The notes under the pieces: generated by a model
Seen by the model: only the letters and a program-made list of their open reading frames with translations
Told to the model about the DNA's origin: nothing
Database searches by the model: none
Part shown: one piece after another, positions 58,701-64,000 of the stretch
How positions within the stretch are numbered: position 1 is the first letter of the stretch
Layout: the number at the start of each line of letters is the position of its first letter
Position numbers and translations under genes: made by a program
Assembly (NCBI GenBank): GCA_002633005.1
Contig: NMRA01000052.1
Location: forward strand, 919,235 to 983,234
Direction of reading: 5' to 3'
DNA from: Phoronis australis
Lineage: Eukaryota; Animalia; Phoronida
Length of the DNA stretch: 64,000 nt

Positions 58701-61700
58701 CGTCCATGAGAAAAGTAATTCAAGATTTTATGTAAATTCTGTCACGTAATTGATATTATTTCATACAAAAGCAGTCGATCCCATATTTAAAAATTTGAGA
58801 ACACAGTACGATTTCAATCTGACCACGTCATCCCCCACTATACTCATGGTACTGAAATTAGGTCAATCATGATACTGAAATTAGGTCAAGTTTGTTTCCA
58901 CCATATTTGACCACCACCCATTGGATGTGTGAGACTTTGTTTAGTTATTTTTTGGGAAAGTCGAAATTACCCGTCATCTGTTGCAGAAATGTACGATGGC
59001 TTTGAATGATTCAGAAGTTGTGGTTAGCTTCTGTTTGTATCCTGTGATTTGTTTGTTATACATTTTGTGATTGCTTATATGCACAAGGAGTTTAAGGCAT
59101 GCTGTGATTACTTTAAAGATGCATTTCACCTTGTTTTGCTGGCTAAAAACAAAAATCAATTTAGGTCTTTTACTCTTGTACAATTAGTCACATAATATTC
59201 CTTACCATGATAGGATCTAACTGCATTATCGTCTAAAACATCCAAACCACCAGCGACTCAAGAGAATACTTCAGAGTTTGTTGAGGATGACCAACCCTAA
59301 AATTTGAGAATGTTGCTTGTATTCATTACTCATTCGGCAACAATTCAAGATCGGATGATCATGGTAATCAGTAATGTTTTCAAACTGAAATCGCTTCAGT
59401 CATGCACTCGACAGTGACATTAAACAGTGATGAAATGCCCCTTTAAATTATGTGGTTTAATTACTTAGATCTTTGTCAAACTACAGTAAGACTAGTTCCT
59501 ATTCAGATTAGTGAGATCACCCTACGTTATGTTGTATAATGCAAGATCTTGATAGTGTTTTTTGCAGGATGAGCGCGGAACCTTACTAAGCCATGTAGAT
59601 TGAAATTTTGAAACGCGAAAAGAAGTTGATTAGCTACGCCAGGCTGTTGAATTATTGGCACTCGCTCCTTCTGTTGAGCCAAGATTTCTTGACGTTCCTT
59701 GTGTGTCACTAAGTGTACTTATTACCTCCAGATTCAATGTCATTTAGTGCAGTTATCTGAAGAGGAATTCAACAAAGTAGACTTTGTTACTGTTATTGTC
59801 ATTAGATCTGATCTCTACCGTTCCAGATATGTACGAAAGGCCTAGTGCACATCTTGAAGTACTTACAGACGGAGGCACACAAAGAGGACACTAAACGAGG
59901 CCTTATGAACAACGACACTGACCTGAGGAGGTACAGGAGACCTAACTCATTCAGGCAGAGGTGAGACTGTGGCTTGGCTCAGACCACTGTTCTAAAGTGG
60001 TGTGTGTGCTAATCTAGGGAATGTCAATAATGAGAACTTGTGGCCCTTTGCAAAACATTAGGGATATCAAGAATTACAAGTAGAACAAATGGAGAGCTAC
60101 ACTGTACAGGACGAAAGTAATGAGATAAAATACGGTTTCTATGTCAGTACTTTTAATTCAATTAACAGCATTTAGTAACAACTATCGGTGCAGCAAAATT
60201 TCTTATTACAGAATGCCTTAGCCTCCTTACTAGCTTTCCTGTACATTGCCATTCATTCCCAGTCATGAAGGCTATTATGGCCACGAATTTTACTTCCTCC
60301 TAGTCATGATTGGGGAATTCTGGGTCTTGTTGTTTGCATACTTTTGGTGTGTATGTAATTAGTGAACTATAGTATATGAAACACATGTAATCAGACAGTT
60401 ATCATTTCCTATTCTAATGGTGAACTCCGTTTACTTTAGGGGGGAATACGGGGTCATTTTGTCTGATTAGCTTTGGCATGTACTGTATACCCTATACAAA
60501 AATGGTAGTTGTCTTGCACAGAGGTGAGAGTGGGTCTGTGATGGCATCACGAAAGTGAAAGTTAATTGTGTTTTTGCCTCAGTTATATCATTAATTTGTA
60601 TTTCCAGGTACTCTTAATCACCAGGTTATTAAGTCTTTCCTCACCTAATGTAACATAAATTTTTGGAATTTGTATTATCTTGAGTTTGTGCAGACCTTGT
60701 CTGTCTACATAAGCCTCATTCAACTGTTGTGTGTTTGTGTTCCGCAGTGTCATGTCTAGTATTGAATGTGTGACCTTGATCGTAGTTGTCAGTGTTTGTC
60801 CATTGCAGCAGTGCGGAGAACTACATTTATCCGCCGTCACAGACAGACAGCTTACGACGGAAGAATCGCCACCTGGTGGTCAGTGGGGATTCCGGGTACA
60901 ACACAACAGACGACAGGAACAGGTGGTCGCCAGACGTAAGTCGAAACAAAAAAATGGGGTTTCTAATCTCCTACAGGGTCATTTGTCAAGCTTTAGTCCA
61001 CCATGCCTAGTCCTGTCTTCTTGGTTGACTGTTTTCAAGTGTATGAAATTTTTTGAAGCGTTTTACAAATATTTTTCTCAGTCCGTAATTCACTAGTTGT
61101 TTATATCGATTCGAGCATTAAAGTTTGCCACTGTAGCTGTAATACTTCTTGGTCAGTTGCCGCGTGAATAGCGACATATGACGTCCAGGCGATGCGAGTG
61201 AAAAGTGAAAGTATACATATAGTTGGTTAATACTATGCTGTATCAGAAGTTGTCGTACCAGTTTCAGCCAATGAGAGGACGGAAGTATCAGTGGACGTGT
61301 AACAAAGTGTGAGGTGATAGCCTTGTAAAAGTTGATTGCGATAGGCATGCAGTCAACTATAATCAGGTTGTTAATGAAGGCTTGCTTCACTGTGGGCTTC
61401 CAAAAATTGTTTGTGCGAAGCTTGGCATATGAGCCTTTGAAACTACAGAGCCCAGTTTACAATTTTCTTCTGTCAGCAAACATAGTCACACAAGACAACT
61501 GCTTTATCAGCCACACGAGGTTATACATCTGTAGTGTGTACCACTCTGAGTCTTAGCTTTCATTTGGTAGTTGCGTTGTCACTGCATATGTGTACTACAT
61601 TTTCAACAAGTTGTCGCCAAATTTGCAATTTTATTCTACATTAATTGGACATTATTTTCTACAATTTTTATTCACTGTTATTAACAGGATGACGTGTTGT

Positions 61701-62380
61701 TGGTTTCATACCCTGCCTTGTAATGTCATCTTTACATTGTAATAATGGCCATATTTATCCCAGAAATAAGTCCCCTGCAGTTCAGTGTTCATTTGTTGCA
61801 TTGTTTTCCCCCATTCCATCCGTTGTTTGTGTATGTTGTTTGTCCCGTTTTCAAGGCCAACGTCACCGTTTAGTTTTTGTCGCTGATCTTTGGTTTTGTA
61901 GCCGTTTTCTTGTACTAACACTTCTATCCCGCGTCTCTGAGCTCAACTCTCACTTACTGGTCGTACTGTACTCTAACAATGCTTCTGCATACTAACTTGT
62001 GCCTTACGAGTGAAAGTTGTGCGATTAAGTTACTACTTGGTCCTTAGATCTCAGCATATTTTGCTTGCCATTTCTTTCGAGTTCTTGTTAAAAATAACCA
62101 CTGAATTTTGCTGCTATCTGGAGTTGTGTTTGTTTCGTTCGGACGTTTTGATCATTAACCAACCAGATACGTTCCTAGGGCGGTGGAGAATACCAGTGCC
62201 AAGCATGTGCGAGAATTTTGTGTGCATGGTTTTCGTTAGGTCTCTCTTGTTGACGAGGCGAAAGGGTTTATAAAGGGCGAGTCGAGCTTCAGTCCCGATG
62301 CACGCAGCGATGGTGGTGTCGACAACATGTCTTGGGACCATGAGATCCCTGACATGAGCCTTGAGGATGAGTTTAACAGG
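31686..62380 (+). CDS. LRCH: Leucine-rich repeat and calponin homology domain-containing protein (LRCH family), 5' portion; CH domain beyond the window
   Basis: In-frame GT-AG exons: 31686-31857 (MAAG...DRVFEDAQHTGELDLCSRKLKDYPKIASKYDLSDTIHT), 46459-46603 (DISKNHFTEIP...LTHLNLS), 54860-54989 (RNQLSTIP...SNNRLVSLPEEIGRLEKLMEL), 57675-57780 (DVSCNEITHLP...LNVRRNLLVELP), 58198-58334 (LDHNPLLSPPAH), 59827-59960 (ICTKGLVHILKYL), 60809/60812-60935 (DSGYN...RWSPD), 62240-62380 (VSLVDEAK...EDEFNR; weaker, supported only by open frame and splice sites). The N-cap, LRRs and 'ICxKGxVHIxKYL' are diagnostic of LRCH. Confidence 0.92.
32777..34917. repeat. Tandem near-duplicate (32777-33991 vs 33993-34917) joined by a single N; probable uncollapsed haplotypes
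   Basis: Colinear copies with scattered substitutions and indels; N at 33992 lies exactly at the junction. Confidence 0.85.
33689..33938 (+). mobile_element. tRNA-derived SINE (same family as 12158) with a divergent 3' end
   Basis: A box TGGCCTGGTTG, B box GGTTCAAGTCCC. Flanked by TTTTCGC direct repeats (33682-33688, 33939-33945). The duplicated block has an empty site at 34865-34871. Confidence 0.8.
39725..39830. mobile_element. Tiny MITE / foldback element flanked by AT
   Basis: Perfect 22-bp inverted repeat AATGGTCTGATATAACGTGCCC (39722-39743) / GGGCACGTTATATCAGACCATT (39812-39833). Confidence 0.65.
40964..41236. repeat. Two-copy tandem duplication, ~138-bp unit
   Basis: ACTGAGCATGGGCA...GGAAGGCCTGTATAATTT occurs twice with a few substitutions; no N at the junction. 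Confidence 0.9.
47206..47243. other. Assembly gap (38 N)
   Basis: N run just inside the Academ left end. Confidence 1.
48644..49249 (+). mobile_element. Non-autonomous ISL2EU/PIF-like element with truncated THAP ORF, nested in the Academ
   Basis: Termini AGTGTGTTCCC / GGGAACGCACT are inverted and flanked by AT on both sides. Subterminal IR GCCATCTTGGTTGACAG / CTGTCAACCAATGTGGC. Internal ATG at 48743 gives MPTFCAIFRCSNRAGRDKISFFRVPKI*, the N-terminus of a THAP zinc finger (CxxxxC...FFxxP). Superfamily call is inference. Confidence 0.7.
50780..51798 (+). pseudogene. Academ transposase remnant (frameshifted, with stops)
   Basis: Fragments LWLQYMKM..ILQIFLKAEITSNWDLHL, YAKSAYIYLQKMQQLKDTHPDVY..F..GHHAV..SDRFWAGFSSDLVIE..L..GGLT.G, SEQHKE, RNPF and VDPQLLLQ match the recognisable Academ transposase motif series. 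Confidence 0.8.
53493..54577. repeat. Tandem near-duplicate (53493-54034 vs 54036-54577) joined by a single N; probable assembly overlap of two alleles
   Basis: Near-identical ~540-bp copies; N at 54035. Confidence 0.85.
56457..57005. mobile_element. hAT-family MITE in LRCH intron 3
   Basis: TIR CAGGCCTTTAT(C/G)CAG (14/15 match); perfect 8-bp TSD GCTGTGTC (56449-56456, 57006-57013); subterminal 14-bp tandem CAGGGCGTCCTTGC at ~56882-56948. Confidence 0.88.
57265..57510. mobile_element. hAT-like MITE
   Basis: TIR CAGGG(C/T)TTGGAAT at both ends; repeated TTTCCTCTT subterminal motifs; TSD not clean. Confidence 0.55.
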
Positions 62381-64000
62381 GTTAGTACAGTGGTGACTCA
62401 TTTCTTTGTATGCTCTGTGCTCTATTTCTTCAAGTGCCTGGAGCCCAAGACAAATGCTGTTCGAGGACTTCTGTGTTGGCTCTGTTCATCTTTTGGGTGA
62501 AATTTGTGAAGTAATTGTTCCCTAATTTTGCACATTCACCTCTGTCAGTTGGACCACCCAGAGTTCCAACCAAACTTTTTTTTGGTTTTCTCCTTTCACC
62601 CATGTCAAGTTGACATTTTCTTATTGTTACCAAAAAATGTAAGCCAGAAATTTCATCCAATTTAAAATTTCTCTTTGTAAAGAATTCTTGTTTTTGCAAG
62701 TTTGTTTATACTAAGATAGAACTTTCTGGTAAATTTGGTAACTAGTTAATATGTACTTGCTGCATGCGATCAATGTCCATTGGTTTCACAATACCCCAAT
62801 TTTCGAAAGAGAACTTGTTTATTTAATACAAAAGTAGGGAACAGTTGCCGTTATACATTGACATTATAGGTATGTAAGCATTTTGTTACTAAGATTCAGT
62901 TATTAAAAATTAGCTTCGAAGGACTGCAGTAATGTGTGTGCTTGATTGAACCGCTCATAGGCTTGTAACCACCCCATGGTTTAAATGAAAGCTTAATCAT
63001 TTCAGTTTGAATTTGAACATTTCTAAATGAGGCTGTAATACGTCACTTGAAAATGTACTCGTATGCTTGAAAATGCAATAACTTTCAAATCTATGCCTGT
63101 TGAAATAAGTGACTGGTTTTGTGGCCACTGCTATATTTTAATTGCTGTTCAAGAGATTTATTATGTATTGCAGCAAAAGTTTCTTTACTAATAATTTTTC
63201 ACTTTTAAGAGTTTTTTGAAAATGCAGTTTATGTAAGTAATTTTTTTAAAATATCACACCAGAAGCTAAAAATTAGTTGTGTACTGTACAAAATGATTTC
63301 TTTTCTCATTCTAAAAATTGCCGATGCCATTTTCTACACAAAAAGCTATTTTACACTTAAAATCCTATTAGTTAGCAGTAGACATAGTTATTAGGCTATT
63401 GTTCATGATGCTATGTCTGATTGTATAGTGCCTGTGTATGGATTTGAGTGAAATTCTTGGTTGCTTGGTTTGGGTCTGTCCCAGCACTCGCTCATGCTTT
63501 CTGTGTCGCGATCTATGCCCTATGTCACAACCTTTGACCTGTCTTCTACAGTTTTCTCACCTTTGTTGCACCATCTCTAGCCTAACTCCATGTGTCGTTT
63601 CTACGTGCTTTAAAGCATCTCACTGCTATCATCGTGGCATTTGTTTTGCATTACTGGATCACCAACTGGTCGGCAATAGGTCGTTTTTGGCTAGTGGAAA
63701 GTTGTTCTATCCGGCATAAGATTGCATGTAGATTTTACGCAGTTTCTGTTCATTTTTTTTAATGAACATGAATGACTGATTATTGATAGGTGACATTCCT
63801 TGATAGCACTGGATCTATTTTTTTTTAATTTGTTAAAGACTAGTATATATTGATTAGGCTCTCTACTGAAACCTTCAAGAGCTCCATTGTTCAATAACGT
63901 TCGTTGAATTTCCAAGAATCTTTTTATGGAATAGATAGCCACTGCAACAGCTACCGGAATGGTCGCGTTTTTGTTTCTTGTTACAAGTAGTTGCGTTTCT

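Noticed and set aside
61688-61702. Possible LRCH microexon GATGACGTGTTGTTG after a good acceptor
   Set aside because: Donor candidates (GTTTCA, GTGTTG) are weak and there is no homology support.

Overview
Eukaryotic (AT-rich, intron-rich invertebrate, probably a non-vertebrate deuterostome; this placement is inference) genomic DNA with three spliced genes rebuilt by hand from GT-AG boundaries. (1) The 3' part of an Apaf-1 orthologue on + (15 exons, 994-15898; WHD with LHD motif, HD2 and 15 WD40 blades). (2) A complete 6-exon CHIC1/2 orthologue on - (28770-23441, 168 aa), tail-to-tail with Apaf-1. (3) The 5' part of an LRCH gene on + (ATG 31686, 8 exons to 62380), head-to-head with CHIC. Introns and the intergenic spacer hold many mobile elements: a 5.35-kb degenerate Academ transposon (long TIRs, TTA TSD) with a nested THAP-bearing ISL2EU-like element, an RTE LINE with an 11-bp TSD, tRNA-derived SINEs, hAT-, piggyBac- and Tc1-like MITEs, and an inverted pair of Penelope-type hammerhead ribozyme fragments. 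Two N-joined tandem duplications look like uncollapsed haplotypes; one exposes a presence/absence SINE. The most interesting points are a ~48-aa insertion in the Apaf-1 WD40 propeller carrying an RxRxxS motif, conservation of the 43-codon 'XL' exon, and CHIC lying beside LRCH rather than a ParaHox gene. No wholly new multi-gene system could be supported from the sequence.
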